Source of the DNA: Octopus vulgaris
Taxonomy: Eukaryota
Assembly (NCBI GenBank): GCA_951406725.2
Contig: OX597815.1
Span: 78,926,001-78,990,000 of the forward strand
DNA length: 64,000 bases
Reading direction: 5' to 3'
A program made the translations under genes and the position numbers. This document shows positions 1 through 13,244 of this stretch, piece after piece. The notes beneath the pieces were generated by a model. The model was not told the origin of the DNA and did not search any database. It was given only the letters and a program-made list of their open reading frames with translations. Every line of letters starts with the position of its first letter. Within the stretch, counting starts at the first letter, position 1.

Positions 1-316
1 CCCAGAATGTTCCACCAGGTTCTGTGTCTGCTTTGGCATGGTTTCCACAGCTGGATGCCCTTCCTAACACCAATCATTTCACTGTAAGAAAATGTAGAAT
101 GAATGTAGCACAGTTTTTATATTCATTAAAACTGCTTCCATATTACTCCGTTTTTAACCACATTGCATATAAATGATTCTGTTTGAAAAGTTGTGCAATA
201 TATGTTAACTATATTAGAATGGCATTTCACCAAACAACAATTAAATCATACCTCTTTGCATTGTATGAAGAATATATATCTTGTATTGCTTACATAGGGA
301 ATTTGTGTTGTTTCTG

Positions 317-360
<44 letters not shown>

Positions 361-364
<4 letters not shown>

Positions 365-884
365 TCATCATCATCATCATTTAACGTCGGTTTTCCATGC
401 TAGATAGGTTGAACGGTTCGATTGGGGTCTGGTAAGCCATGGAGGCTGCACCAGGCTCCAGTCTGATTTGACAGTGTTTCTACAGCTGGATGCCCTTCCT
501 AACGCCAACCACTCCATGAGTGTAGTGGGTGTTTTTTACATGCCGCCGGCACAGGAGTCAGCACAGGCTGGCAAACGGCCACAATCGGTTGGTGCTTTTA
601 CGTGTCACCAGCACTGGTGTCTTAACTACAATTACCATTCGAATTTTTGACATTGATGAACTTGACTCAACAGGTCTCCTCAAGAACAGCGGGTCACTCA
701 ATGATCCAAGGCTGTCCTGCGAGCATGAACTCACTTCATTTGTTGGGTCTTCAAACCCTCATGAACAGCAAGTCACTCTTCGATCCAAGGTTAGCACAGC
801 AAACTGTCCTGTGAGCCATGAACTCACTTCATTTGTCGGGTCTTCGAAGTCACAGCACATCTCCAGAGGTCTCAGTCTTTCATC
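361..884 (-). mobile_element. 5'-truncated RTE LINE copy (ORF end, 3' UTR, (GAT)n tail)
   Basis: minus strand reads ..DLWRCAVTSKTR.. like the C-terminus of the 34.5-kb ORF; 361-545 matches the 3' UTR at 37695-37886; internal ~45-bp duplication near 713 and 804; TA repeats on both sides. Confidence 0.85.
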
Positions 885-954
885 ATATATATATAAGCAC
901 ACACACGTGTGTGCGGAAGGGTTCCTTATACAGTTTCCGTCTATTCTATTCACA

Positions 955-1340
955 AGGTGTTAAGAAGTTTGCTACTTAACCATGTGGTTTCAAGTTCAGT
1001 TCCACTGTGTGACACCTTGGGCAAGTGTCTTCTAATATAGCTTCAGACTGGTCAAAGCCTTATGAGTGTGTTTTGCAGGTAGAAACTGAAAGAAACCCAT
1101 TGTGTGTGTGTGTTCTTGTCTTGACACAGTGGTAATTGTGTCATTGTCACACAAGTAGTGTCATTCATTTCCAACATTCTGTAAAAGCATGTCTGGCCAT
1201 GGGAAAATATTACCTTGCTTGCAAACAAGTGAGGGTTGGCGACAGGAAGGACACCTTATAGTTGAAAATCTACCTCAATAAACTCTGTCCGACTCATACA
1301 AGCATGAAAAAAATGAGCATTAAAACGGTTATGATGACGT
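955..1340 (+). mobile_element. tRNA-derived SINE with RTE-like tail
   Basis: B-box-like GTTCAGTTCC, CACCTTGGGCAAGTG core, (TG)n, body, then GGTTGGCGACAGGAAGG...GCATG...ATGATG tail. Confidence 0.75.
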
Positions 1341-1368
1341 TTAATATTTTATTTTATATTATCAACAG

Positions 1369-1478
1369 GTAATATCCATTGGGGATTATTTCACAACACA
1401 ACTGTTAGAATCAAAACACAGAGGAGCATTTGAACTTGCATATGCCGGCTTTGTAAAAATGTGTGACATGTTATGGAG
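1369..1478 (+). CDS. THADA: THADA homologue coding exon (first in window; gene starts upstream of window)
   Basis: cag|GTA...AG|gtttgt; VISIGDYFTTQLLESKHRGAFELAYAGFVKMCDMLW contains the THADA/Trm732 (DUF2428 region) HRGAFE motif. Confidence 0.95.
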
Positions 1479-1844
1479 GTTTGTAATGTGCAAAATATTT
1501 CATGTTAACTTTTATTACATTTAATGCACAGACAATTTGTAATTAGCAATTTTCATTGGGTTACAGATAGGGGACATAATTCACTGTTACTTCACTGGAA
1601 GGGAGACAACTTGTTCAGATACAATGGTTATAAGGGAAGTAATTCCATTGATTGGTATCGGACTGACTATGATCCCAATGTGGTTAGCCATGATAAGATG
1701 GCTCCTATACTTATGATACTTCCTTTTCCATTAATTCGTTTTGACATTTGATCTGGACTGGTTCTTTAGGAAGTAAACTGACTGACAATGTCAGCCCCAT
1801 TTCATGATTTCTCTTTAGTACATTAGGGAAAATGAAGGTCCATG

Positions 1845-2090
1845 CTCTAGTGGCTAAGGTATTAGACACACGATCATAAGGGTGTGGTTTTGGTTTCCAG
1901 ACCCAATGGCATGTTGTGTACTTCAACAAAATACTTCATTTCACATTGTTCTGGTTCATTCAACTGAAAATGAAAACCAGCAACAGATGTGTGTTAACCC
2001 TTCGACGGACTAGAAACCTTTTTCAGTGATGAATATTTTACCACAGAAACTGGATAAACTATGGCCTGTGGGCTTGTGACAGCCTCATTA
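1845..2090 (+). mobile_element. degenerate tRNA-derived SINE (separate family)
   Basis: similar to 19655-19815 and 2903-3020 (GTGG..AAGG, TGTCCTTGAGCAAGAC-like core). Confidence 0.5.
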
Positions 2091-2765
2091 CCTAAGACAC
2101 TCATTACAAGGGCAATAGTTGGTTCTCTATATTATATTGTCCTGTCCTTCATTCTGGGGAAAAGATTCCACGGTGCAATAAATGAATTTTGTTAGATGTA
2201 TTCCCATATGTTTAGGGAAGCTAAAGTAAGGATTTTGTAGCAATTCATTGCCTTTCAAGAGTATTAACACTAAGTTTGAATAAAACAGCTTCAAGCAGCG
2301 ATCTACTCTGGGACAGTGTAGGATTAGTTGATCCCAGGATGTTCTGGTTGGTTCATTAATTTATAGATCTGTCCAACTATAAAGAGTAACTAGATATGTA
2401 AATGTTATATAAAAAAAAGAATGTCTACAAATGACATAAGAACTATTAAATATTAAATAGCTTTAGAAGCTTATCACTTCTTATATATAAATAACTGTAC
2501 ATAAATGAAGGACTGTGTGTCTGGTGTTTATGTGTTTGGCGTTATGCATGTCAGAATGATTATGTTTGGCCTGTGTGTATTATGTGTTCATGTTGTTTCT
2601 TTGTGTATATGAATGTATGTAATATTTGTGTATGTACATGTTTTGTTTGTGTTTGTTCTGGAAGTGAATGTATTTATGTGTAGCATATCTGTTTTGTATG
2701 TGTGTTTTCTTGTTACTAAATTGTTTAAAACTAATATAATTTCTAATTGTCTTCCATCTCTGTAG

Positions 2766-2898
2766 AAGTTCCATTCCATCTGTTCATACATTGCCCTGTC
2801 AGTGGTTAGATAATATTATGGATGCTATCAGTTGCCAAAATTCTTCCTCCAAGTTTTGTGCCACTAGAAGAAGTGCAGGAATCCCATTTTATATACAG
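2766..2898 (+). CDS. THADA: THADA coding exon
   Basis: tag|A...CAG|gtact; ...SSKFCATRRSAGIPFYIQ, the signature RRSAG(I/L)P motif of DUF2428; phase matches previous exon. Confidence 0.96.
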
Positions 2899-3244
2899 GT
2901 ACTATAATGGTCGAGTGGATTAGACATTGGTCTATCAATCCATGTTTCTTGAGTTCAAATCTGTTGGTTATTTTATGTCCCTAAGCAAGACAGTTCTACA
3001 TGACACAATTCACCTAATTATAATGAAGAAGCCTCTTTGTTGAAGCTTGACATGCTAGAAATAGCAACAAAATCTACTTTAGATCAAATCCCATTGTCTT
3101 AATGAAAACAAAAAAAAAGTACAAATTAGATAATCTAGTGCTAGATACCCCAACAAATATAGGATGGTTATAGTTGGAATGCCTTTGATCAAAATTTTTC
3201 CATAATCAAGTTTGATTTGGGATTGAAGAACAATAAAAACATTT

Positions 3245-3601
3245 GCATTATTTACATTTGACGAATATTTGTCCTCATCTTGTTTGTTGTCAACACATCT
3301 CGGCTGTTATACCTTCCAGCCTTCATCAGGTGTCTTGGGGAAATTTCGAAACTGGGCTCTTAGTCCTTTGGTATTTTTCAATGTTGTTGTTGTTGTTGTT
3401 AATAATATTAATAATAATGATAACAACAACATTGAAAAATACCTAAGGAATGAGAGCCCAGTTTCGAAATTTCCTCAAGACACCTGATGAAGGCTGGAAG
3501 GTATATCAGCTGAAACGTTGTGTTAACAGCAAACAAGATGAAGACAAATATCCATCAAATGTAAATAATGTACATAATTTCTCATCTCTTAAATATAAAA
3601 C
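3245..3601. mobile_element. palindromic Penelope-like pseudo-LTR element
   Basis: ~150-bp inverted arms around a (GTT)n/(AAT)n/(AAC)n centre; related to 23190-23392; carries a hammerhead motif. Confidence 0.75.
3479..3524 (+). ncRNA. minimal type I hammerhead ribozyme motif
   Basis: GACAC-CTGATGA-A-GGCTG(loop)CAGCT-GAAA-CGTT-GTGTT: stem I, core, stem II, palindromic ACGT stem III. Confidence 0.75.
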
Positions 3602-4865
3602 TGAATAAAAATCATTAACAACATGCTGGTGTCCTATCCAGAGAAGAGATTTATCTCACGTTGCATTTAAAGTCAAATATTGATTTTATAAACCTCTTGA
3701 TATTTTTGAGGATATTCAGTTAGTAGTTAAGTCATAATTTAGATTATACATTAGTTCAAAACTCTTAAGATGTTATAACGTAATCAATAAAAAAGAACAT
3801 CTGCCAACTGACAGATGCATGGTTCATGTCCTTTCAGTTGACCTGTTGTTCTTTACTGTCTCAAAGAGATGCTTTGAATGTCTATCATACACTACATGCT
3901 TGCAGAGCAATGTATTTTTAAAGAAATAAATTTATTGAATACAATTATAACAACTACCTGTTTTTAAAATTGAAAACATTTTTTTATTGCTAAATATAGA
4001 TAGTTTCACAACTTGAAACTATACTCAATCACCTCATGTGGTGTTTTTAGGAAACTATCAGCTTAGAGAAATCATTAAATTGGTGCAGTATATGCAGCAT
4101 ATACCTTCATGATTTTTCTCTTTTTATACTTAGAAAAACTGTGTATCCTTATGTTAAAAACAAGTACATTTATAGTATTAATACTAACCTCTAAAACCCA
4201 GTTCCTATGATCTTTATTCAATATAGCCCTTGTGTTTTTACTTGAATTCAAATAATTCCATATTTTAAATTTAGATTGGGATCCTTTGTCTAAAAATTAT
4301 TCCTTCAAGATAAGTCATAGAAAATGTGGTGAATAAAATTTCTTAAGAATCATTGTTTCTCTGTTGATTCTTTGACTGCTTCTTCTCTTACAGTAATGAG
4401 TGGTGGTGGGAACTTCCAGTACTCTATAGAATCTTCAGTATGTGATTTTTATCACCAATTTTAACTCCTAGATTCATTAATGAGAAATGAGTCAACTCAG
4501 TAAGATACCAATCTATTGCAGGTAACATTTTCAAAAGCTCTGACTGCTTGGTGGACAGATAATGTTTTGATGTTTTTTTCTGTACAGACACAATTTAATC
4601 ACTGTAACAGATCCTGTTCAATCAAAGGGTAGTCAAACATGTTACCTACTTAGAATGGTCCAGCTCTGCATATTTTATATATTATTGCAAGATAACTCAA
4701 GAAAATACAATATTTTTTGTTGGAGCCTTAAAGTTTAAATGTTTCAAATAAATGTAAAAGACTTCATGTAAAATTTCTGACTGTGACTTTTTATTCAGTT
4801 GATGTTTTAAGTGTAAACTGAATAAAAAATGAAAAGCTTTATAAAATATTTGCCTTGTCCTTCAT

Positions 4866-5240
4866 TTCATCATCATCATTTCATGTCCATTGTTCAATGC
4901 TGACATGGATCAGACAGTATTTGTTGAGATAGATTTTCTTCAGACCGATGCATTTCCTGTCAACATCCCTCACCTGTTCTCAAGATATTTCACCATGGCG
5001 AGTCATGTTTTCACAACATTGGAAGCAAAGAGGACTACTTGCATGATGGTAACATTCATTTACAACAATCATGTAATGTCAAGGCAGGGAGACAATAACA
5101 CACACACAACCAAATCCACCCACAAAGCTTTGTGGGCTATAGTAGAAGATATTTGCCCAAGGTGCTGTTTCAGTAAGTCTGAACTTAAAACCATGTGGTT
5201 GGGAAGCAATCTTCTTACTACACAGCCACATTGCACCCAC
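4866..5240 (-). mobile_element. tRNA-derived SINE with RTE-like tail
   Basis: reverse complement of the 955-1340 architecture (head 5110-5240, tail ending in (GAT)n). Confidence 0.72.
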
Positions 5241-5620
5241 AGCCATATTTTTGTTTTAGAATATATCATTTTTAATGTTATATTGGTGTGTTAGTCCACA
5301 GATCTTTGTATCATGGAATAATTTGGTTGAAATATCATCTAAAGGATTTAAAGACTTCACCTGAATAAATATACCTGTAGTATTAAGAAAGAATTTTTTG
5401 AGGTGTAAAAATCTTATCTAAACCAGTTCATTTCCTTTATAATATAGACATCAGCCTTTGATATCATTTAGGTATTTGTTAAAGTATCAGAAAAGATCTT
5501 ACTAAGTCAAGGAATCTAACTTTAAGTTGAAGTTTGACGTTCTCTTGTAAATAAGACACAAAAATTATTTCTTATTTCTGATTTTCATCTTGATTTATTT
5601 CAATTTTAAAATATTTTTAG

Positions 5621-5740
5621 GCCATTGTTTCCACAGAACCAATCAGCACAGGGAATGTGAATTTCAAGCAGACTATGGTTAAGTTGCTTGATTTAGCCAC
5701 AGATGAAAGCACTACTGACTCTAAATCAACAGAGAGCAAG
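5621..5740 (+). CDS. THADA: THADA coding exon
   Basis: tag|GCC...AAG|gtttat; AIVSTEP...FKQTMVKLLDLA, 120 nt, phase 0-0. Confidence 0.92.
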
Positions 5741-6404
5741 GTTTATCTATTTTTTAGATATTTATTTACCTTTTAATTCTTTGTCTCATTTAATTTTTTG
5801 GAATAATCTTTTGTATTAAAGATTTCAGAGATGTAAAATATATTTATTTGGATGAAATATAAACCAATTTAAATTGCTTGAAACCTTTAGAAAAATAATA
5901 TAAAACTTGGTTTACGAATGGGAGCTGATACACTTCCACCACCACCACCACCACCACCACCATCGTCGTCATCATCATTATCATCATGTTAACCTCCAGA
6001 TTTCCATGCTTGCATAATAAGTCTGGTGGGATTTGTTGATGTAGATTTTCTACAAACAGATGCCTTTCTTGTCACCAATCCTTCACTGTTTCCAATCAAA
6101 GTAATATCACCCATGGCCTGACATGTTTTCAACAGAAGACTGGAATTCAACAACATCACTTGTATGATGGCGATGCCCATTTACAACCATTACATAATGT
6201 CATGGCAAAGGTACACACAAACGAACAAATATTTGTGTATTCTAAAAAAGCAAGTGTCTCAACCATTCCTGCATTATATACAAATCATAAGAAATAAACA
6301 TTTGCAATTTGCTTGTCAGTTTAGTGTGGTACTTAATTCATCAGTGAAGGAATATACCTCAGTATGGAGCTGTCTATGTAGATGATATAAAATTTATAAA
6401 CATA

Positions 6405-7195
6405 TTGCCAAAGGTTTCGGTCGCTAGTCATTGCATCTGTGAGGCTCAAAGTTCAAAGATTATGCTTCACCACATCCCATGTCTTCCTGGGTCTACCTCT
6501 ACCACAGGTTCCCTCCACAGTTAGAGATCGGCATTATTTACACAACTGTCCTCGTCCATACGCATCAAATGACCATACCAGCACAGTTGTTTCTCTTGCG
6601 CACTACATCTGATTTCTCTTATGCCTAACTTTTCTCTCAAGATGCTTACACTATTGAACATGCACAGTTACATTGCACATCCAGCAAAGCATACTGGCCT
6701 CGTTTCTCTCAAGCCTATGCATGTCCTCAGATGTTATAGCTCATGTTTCACTGCCATGCAGCATAGCTGTTCACACACAGGCTTCAAACAATCTGCCTTT
6801 CACTCTGAGAAAGAGGCCCTTTGTTGCCTGCAGGGGTAAGAGCTCTCTGAACTTTTCCCAGCCCAATGTTATTCTCACAGCTACACTCTCGGAATATCCA
6901 CCTCCACTACTAACCTGGTCACCTAGATACCGGAAGCTATCTACCACCTCTAGCTTGCCCACCTAGCAGTTGATGGAGTCTTTCTACACATTTTCAGCGT
7001 TTATTGTCTGTGCACCTTCCACATACAAAAATTAGTTTCTCTGTTAACCTTCCTTTGATGTTGCTGCACCTTTTGTGTGTTCAAAGCTTACACTGGTTGC
7101 ATCTTATGGAGCTTCTACCTACACTTTTTCTACAGATTAAGCAGGGCCTTCTACCTGAAGAGATTTGTGATTTGTCTGCCTTCCTACTTACTATG
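6405..7195 (-). mobile_element. decayed RTE LINE ORF fragment
   Basis: KLEVVDSFRYLGDQVSSGGG...LLPLQATKGL matches the 34494 ORF; includes remnants of the Cys/His finger; frameshifted. Confidence 0.9.
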
Positions 7196-7919
7196 CTCAG
7201 AGTTGTAAAATGACTCCCTCTAATTCACATAAACCTCTCGATTTACAGCAAACATAAAATTATAAACAAAAAGAAAACACTACATTAAGATATCATCATC
7301 ATTTAACGTTCGCTTTCCATACTGGCATGGATCAAATGGCTTGACATGGAGCTGGCTAGCAGGGAGCTGTCCCGACTCCAATTGTCTGTTGTGGTATGGT
7401 TTCTACAGTTGGATGCCCTTCCTGAGTGTGATTGCTGCTTTTTATGTGTCACTGGCAAGGGTGCATTTACACAGCACTAGCACAAGTACTTTTTATGTGG
7501 CACCAGCATCTGAAATGACAAGCCTGTAGGCATGGAAGACAGGGATTTTACTTGACATGTCTTATCAGGTACTGTGAACTGCCAGGTATTACAGATTAAA
7601 TATTATAAATATATATGGGAATCATAACAGAAAAAAAGAAATTGGTAGAGACGGAAGGAAGGGACATGAAATACAGCTTGGCATAAAGTGAATTTGGTAT
7701 TGGCCAAATATGCTGAAGGAAGCAAGTTTTTTTTAACCAACACAGCGGATGATGCCAAGTTTGAAACCATCACAGTTTCTTTAGTAAATCTGTTCTCATG
7801 TTTAATTCATGATGATTGTTAGGAACCTCAGAAAAATTGCATTTTGTAAATGAAATTAGACAACGTGTGTGTGTGTGCATGCGCATACATATATATATAT
7901 GTATGTCTGTGTATGTTTA

Positions 7920-8273
7920 TCTCTATATATAAATGGCAAAATGTCTGCGTGCGTGTCCTTTATACAAATCCACAATTTTTCAGTTAGAGGGCTCGCACTT
8001 TCTATGGTCATTCAAAACCGTCCAAGGGTGTTCGTGCACATCTTTAGCTTTCCCCAGTCACCCCGCAAAGCCATTAAAAAATCAATAGAATTGACTTTTT
8101 TGTGAATTTTCTATCCAAAACCCAATCAAAATGCCCGAAACTTGATATGCTAATTGAAAGCTGTATGTGATTGGTCGGAGATTTGGACAGTACTCGCGTG
8201 TATGTGCGCACGCATGCAGCTGTATATGCCTGCACTAGCATTATGACCCGATGTTGCCGGGTCATAGTGCTAG
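7920..8273 (+). mobile_element. non-autonomous Helitron
   Basis: A|TC start, 3' GC hairpin ATGACCCG..CGGGTCAT, CTAG|T end, no TSD. Confidence 0.82.
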
Positions 8274-8369
8274 TATATAATAAAAAAATGATTAACTACT
8301 GTTTGATTTTGTGTTTCATCTATTTGTTGATGCTTTGAAGTTCTTTAATTTTCACTATTTCTACTTTAG

Positions 8370-8492
8370 GTGCATGCCCTCAATATTCTCCGCTCTTTGT
8401 ACCGAGATACTCGCCTTGGAGAAAGTGTTGCGCCATATGTTGCTGATGGTCTCAAGGCAGCTATATTAGGATTTTCATCACATCTCTGGGCT
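8370..8492 (+). CDS. THADA: THADA coding exon
   Basis: tag|GTG...GCT|gtaagt; VHALNILRSLYRDTRLGESVAPYVADGLKAAILGFSSHLWA, highly conserved THADA block. Confidence 0.97.
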
Positions 8493-9184
8493 GTAAGTGA
8501 AGGAAGCATTTTATATTATTTTTACTGCTGTAACAACAAACATAAATTTTATAACATCTACATAGACAGTTCATATAACACTTTTGTGTTGCAATGTTCT
8601 GGAGTCTGTAATTCTTTAAGGAGCCAGTAATTTTGTCTTGAAATGTATGCCACTGTCATCTCTACTTAAAAGGAACGCATGTTTTACATCATCATTGTTT
8701 CAATGTCTACTTTTCCATGCTTGCGTGGTTAGATGCAGTTCATTGAAGCTAATTTTCTACCACAAGATGCCCTTCTTGTCACCAACACTCACCTGTTTCC
8801 ATGCAAGGTAGTATTTCCCCATGGCCTGACATGTTGTCACAGAATATTGGAAATGATTTATACTACTTGTATAACAACAGCAATCATTTACAACTGTGAT
8901 GTCAGGACAAGGAGACATAGACACATACACATTCACACTCACATGTTCATATAATAGACATACATATGTGTGTGTGTGTATATATATATTTATATATATC
9001 ATCATTTAATGTCCTCTTTCCATGCTGGCATAGTTTGGAGTGTTTGACAGGAGCTGGCTTGGCAGAAGTCTGCACCAGGCTTCAGTGTCTATTTCGGCAT
9101 AGTTTTTTACGGCTGGATGCCCTTCTTAACACCAACCACCCCACAGAGTGAACTGAGTGCTTTTTATGTAGTACCAGTGTATAC

Positions 9185-9427
9185 ATCATCATCATCGTTT
9201 AGTGTCCGCTTTCCATGCTAGCATGGTTTGGACGGTTCAACTGGGGTCTGGGAAGCCAGAAGGCTGCACCAGGCCCAGTCTGATCTGGCAATGTTTCTAC
9301 GGTTGGATGCCCTTCCTAACGCCAACCACTCCGTGAGTGTAGTGGGTGCTTTTTACGTGCCACCGGCACAGGTGCCAGACGAGGCTGGCAAACGGCCACG
9401 ATCGGATGGTGCTTTTTACGTGCCACA
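9185..9427 (-). mobile_element. young RTE 3'-UTR copy
   Basis: close match to 37640-37886; further copies near 1-85, 7292-7520, 8998-9175, 14640-14830, 17560-17900, 17990-18210, 24108-24232, 28275-28440, 46017-46170. Confidence 0.85.
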
Positions 9428-9749
9428 TAAATATATATACATATACGAGGGCCTCTTTCAGTTTCCTCCTATCAAGTCCACTCACAAGATCTTGGTTCGC
9501 TTGAAGTTATAGGATAGAAGAAAACATTTGCCCAAGGTGTCACACAATAGGACCAAACCTGGAACTATGTGGTTGGGAAGAAAACTTCTTAACTGTGCAG
9601 CTACATCAGCTTCTCACTCAGCCATAACTACATCTCTAGATTTTAAATTACCAAATGCATTGAATTTACATTGCATTCTTTAATTTTCCTCACTAATTTT
9701 CATTTTTCTTTTCTTTTTTTCTTTTTTTTTTTTTTTTTTTTTTTTTCAG

Positions 9750-9847
9750 ATAACAAATTCTGCCACACTTTTACTGAGTTCCCTCATGACTAGAATTTTT
9801 GGTGTTAATCGTACGAAGCTTGATAAAAATCTACCACGTAAAAATTG
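9750..9847 (+). CDS. THADA: THADA coding exon
   Basis: long poly-T tract, cag|ATA...TG|gtgagt; ITNSATLLLSSLMTRIFGV. Confidence 0.95.
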
Positions 9848-10296
9848 GTGAGTAAACTAGAAAGTGGAAACTATATTTATTAAAAAATAATTGTCCAGGT
9901 AGAGGTTCCCTCATTGGTTCTTATATGTGGTAGTATTGCTTACATACTGTATTAAGTTCTTGATCTGTATATTAAATAGAAAAAACAGATAATTATTACA
10001 TCATCATTATAAAAGCAACCTGTCATTAATAGGTAATCACCAACAACTTGAGTAAATACAACAGACTTCAGCAGCTACTATCACCATTAGGATGTTGGTT
10101 GTCAGTCACTGTCACCTTAAGACTCTCCTCTAAATTCTCCCTGCATTCATTAATTATTTTGTTTGTCTCTTTTTTTGTCATACAGTCTGTTGACTCTAAT
10201 AAATCTTACAGTATGGGTTTTTACCAATGTAGGATTGCCTACTTTTATTTTTATTTTAATCTCTAAATTCCAAGAATTGTTCTTTTATCTTTTCAG

Positions 10297-10383
10297 TCAA
10301 ACTGGACGCACATTCTTCACTCATTATCCAAGTCTGTATCAATTTCTGTTGGAACAAATTGATAAAGCAAGCCCTCAGCTTCA
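10297..10383 (+). CDS. THADA: THADA coding exon
   Basis: cag|T...CA|gtaagt; QTGRTFFTHYPSLYQFLLEQI. Confidence 0.94.
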
Positions 10384-10596
10384 GTAAGTCTCATATCTCT
10401 ATCATTTTATTAGTTTTGGCAGTTTAATATACTTTGATTCTCTTTTTAAATCCTTGTTGAATAATATTAAAATATATTACCATTAGAAAATATTCTAGAT
10501 TGTTGGGACATATTTGTTATTGAATACCTTCTTGTAGGAAAGAATCATTACATTATGGAGATTCTCTAATGTATATATTTTTTTTTCCTATTTCAG

Positions 10597-10731
10597 AGAA
10601 GAAAAGAGTTCTGTATCAATAAATCCTACACTATACCCAGTTCTTCTTGTTCTTGGACGTCTTTATCCTTCAACTTTAGATGGAATACACATGGGACTAA
10701 ATTTAAATGCTTTCATTCCATATATAATCCG
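10597..10731 (+). CDS. THADA: THADA coding exon
   Basis: cag|A...CG|gtatgt; NPTLYPVLLVLGRLYPSTLDG...FIPYII. Confidence 0.94.
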
Positions 10732-11132
10732 GTATGTATTACCTATATGCTTGCACACACACACACACCAGGTATTATATGCCTTCCCTGTCATAATTCC
10801 AAAAATGGAATTGTTGTGATACATTTTTTTTGTGTGTCTTGGAATAACAGTAGCACCCTATCAATAGAATTCATTTCAGGAATCGATGGAAGATTTATAT
10901 CCAGCACTGAAAACATTTATTTTTACAAATTAATTAGAGGAGAAGGATCAGTGTCTAAAATATAGCTAAGATGTGTATAATATAAAGGTTTTAGAATATG
11001 TCTCATATGTGTACTTTATGCTAAACTTTATACTGTATATACTACAGTAATACTTTATGCAATATACCCCATGTATGTAACTGTAATAAATGTTATGCCA
11101 TGTATGACTAATTGACTGATTATATATTTCAG

Positions 11133-11301
11133 GTGTTCTGCCAGTCCTATAATGAAAACCAGAGAGATGGCTGCTAGAGCCTTAAAACCTTTGGTATCAA
11201 AAGATCAGTTGGCACTAACTATAAATAAACTTCTCTCACATATTCCCCCTGAAAAAACCAGTGAAATTTCTCAGAATTTCTTACATGGACTCTTGCTTCA
11301 A
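11133..11301 (+). CDS. THADA: THADA coding exon
   Basis: cag|G...CAA|gtaatt; CSASPIMKTREMAARALKPLV...QNFLHGLLLQ. Confidence 0.94.
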
Positions 11302-12029
11302 GTAATTTTACGATTTTTATTTTGTTTGTTGTTAGTTTGGAATTGTTGTTGTTTCTTTTCTCCCTGCCTTCAGATCAACCCTGATTAAGTAGTCTTAGGG
11401 CATCTAAACCATTAGCCAAACAGTGAGGCACAACTTACTGATTTTTCTTTTCAGTTAATCATGTCTCCTCTTAGCTGAGGACTGTACTGCACACTTGTAC
11501 ATGCATTCATCATCATCATCATCGTTTAACGTCCGCTTTCCATGCTAGCATGGGTGCAGAGTGACAGTATAGGTATCTTCACAGTCTACTTTCTTACTAC
11601 GCACCCTCACATTCTGGTGATGGCAGCAGTTGATGTTTCTCTGTCCTTATTGTTGGTGGTGTGCATCCTAGCATAGTGTTTGGAGCCAGTCAGGCAAAGA
11701 CATTGATGATGCAGTTGTTTTTGTGTGTGTTTTTTTTATGTTTGTTTGGGCTGAGAAGGGAAGTTAATGTTTTTAGATGATAGAAGTGAGAGTAAAGGAA
11801 GAGAACCAAAGTGAAAGTATGAGAAAGAAAGTAGTAGACAGCTATATGACAGTTGTTGGTGAGGGGATTGAATAGAAACAATTTGACAGTTGACTTGCAA
11901 TGGTTGAAGAGGAACATTAATGACACCAGTTTCACTGGTTTTAGAGAGCATGTGAAGGACATGGGCACTGCTCCTTCTTCCAGATTCTGCAAGTAAAAAA
12001 ATATTCATGAAGTTCAGTCCCTTAAGATT

Positions 12030-12560
12030 AACCTTTGATACTTCATATGTCTCCCCCAGTCCTCTATCTTCCCATTCACTTGAATTTTTATAACTTCTAT
12101 ACACCACTGCATCCTTTACATGCATCACAATGTCCATACAAGCAGTCTTCTTTGTTGCACACTACATCTAGTTTTACATTTTCCCCTCAGCTTGCTTATG
12201 TTTTGCCATTTACACATGTTAACTTTACACAGCCATTGTAGTATGCTCAATTCACTTCTTTCCAACATTTGCATATCTTCTACATTTAGGGCCTACATCC
12301 CACTACTATGTAGCATTATGCTATCATATAACATAGCACTATGCTGCACGATTGTAGCATTGCACCACCATACAACATCACACTGTCGTTCAAAGTGCAC
12401 TTTTTCTTTCATAAGCATCATATAATCTGTTGTTCATTCTGAGAGAGAAACTCTTTGTTACTAACAAGGCAACAAATCTCTGAATGCTCCTTCTCCCTCT
12501 TTTAGTGTGGTAACTGTCCTTGTGCAGCATTAGAACCAACCATTTATAGCAGAAAGAAAA
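12030..12560 (-). mobile_element. old, heavily decayed RTE ORF fragment
   Basis: minus-strand pieces ALNVEDMQMLERS.. and ..EDRGLGETYEV.. parallel AVTAEDMRRLERN and GRGRPRKTWDEV of the intact element. Confidence 0.55.
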
Positions 12561-12909
12561 GAAGTGAGCATGCTAGGCTGGACGTGTAATGTTAGTGTAC
12601 AGAATTTGTTAAATCTCACAAAGGAAATGATAAAGGACCACAGCAAGTAAGATGATACTGTGCAAGAGAAGATCCATGGAAAATGGACATAAAATTATGA
12701 GGATAATGATGATGATGTAATTCATTGCCTATATAAGAAACGTCCATCTGATCCATGTCTATCTGACTCCTGTCCATCTGATAACATAACAAACAAATGT
12801 CTATCTGACCCCTGCCCATCTAACTGCTGTCCTTGTAAATTTTAAAATGTTGGAAATTGTTTGTCCATTTCAAGTATATGATTCCAAAACTTATTCTTTA
12901 TTTCTTCAG

Positions 12910-13016
12910 ATACAGCAATTGGTTCTTCTCCTTCCAACTCTGCTACAATGCCACCAAGAATCTGCTATTCAGGATGTAATGGAAACTTTCCATAAAAGAT
13001 TGTGGATTCTTTCAGA
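12910..13016 (+). CDS. THADA: THADA coding exon
   Basis: cag|ATA...GA|gtaagt; IQQLVLLLPTLL...KRLWILS; phases 0 and 2 fit neighbours. Confidence 0.88.
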
Positions 13017-13244
13017 GTAAGTGTATCTGCATTTACTTTTGGTTCTACTTCAGAATGGTCCAACTCATGCCAGCATGAAAAGCAGATACAAATTGATGAT
13101 GAAAGGATTTTGTTTTTTTCATTATCATTAGTGTAACATCATAGGAAAAAGAGTATTTCAATGTTAACACTTAACAAGTTATAACCTCAGTAATGTGTTG
13201 AGGCTTTTTAGTGGGTTTAGTAAGGTTATATTGTTGTCAAAGCT

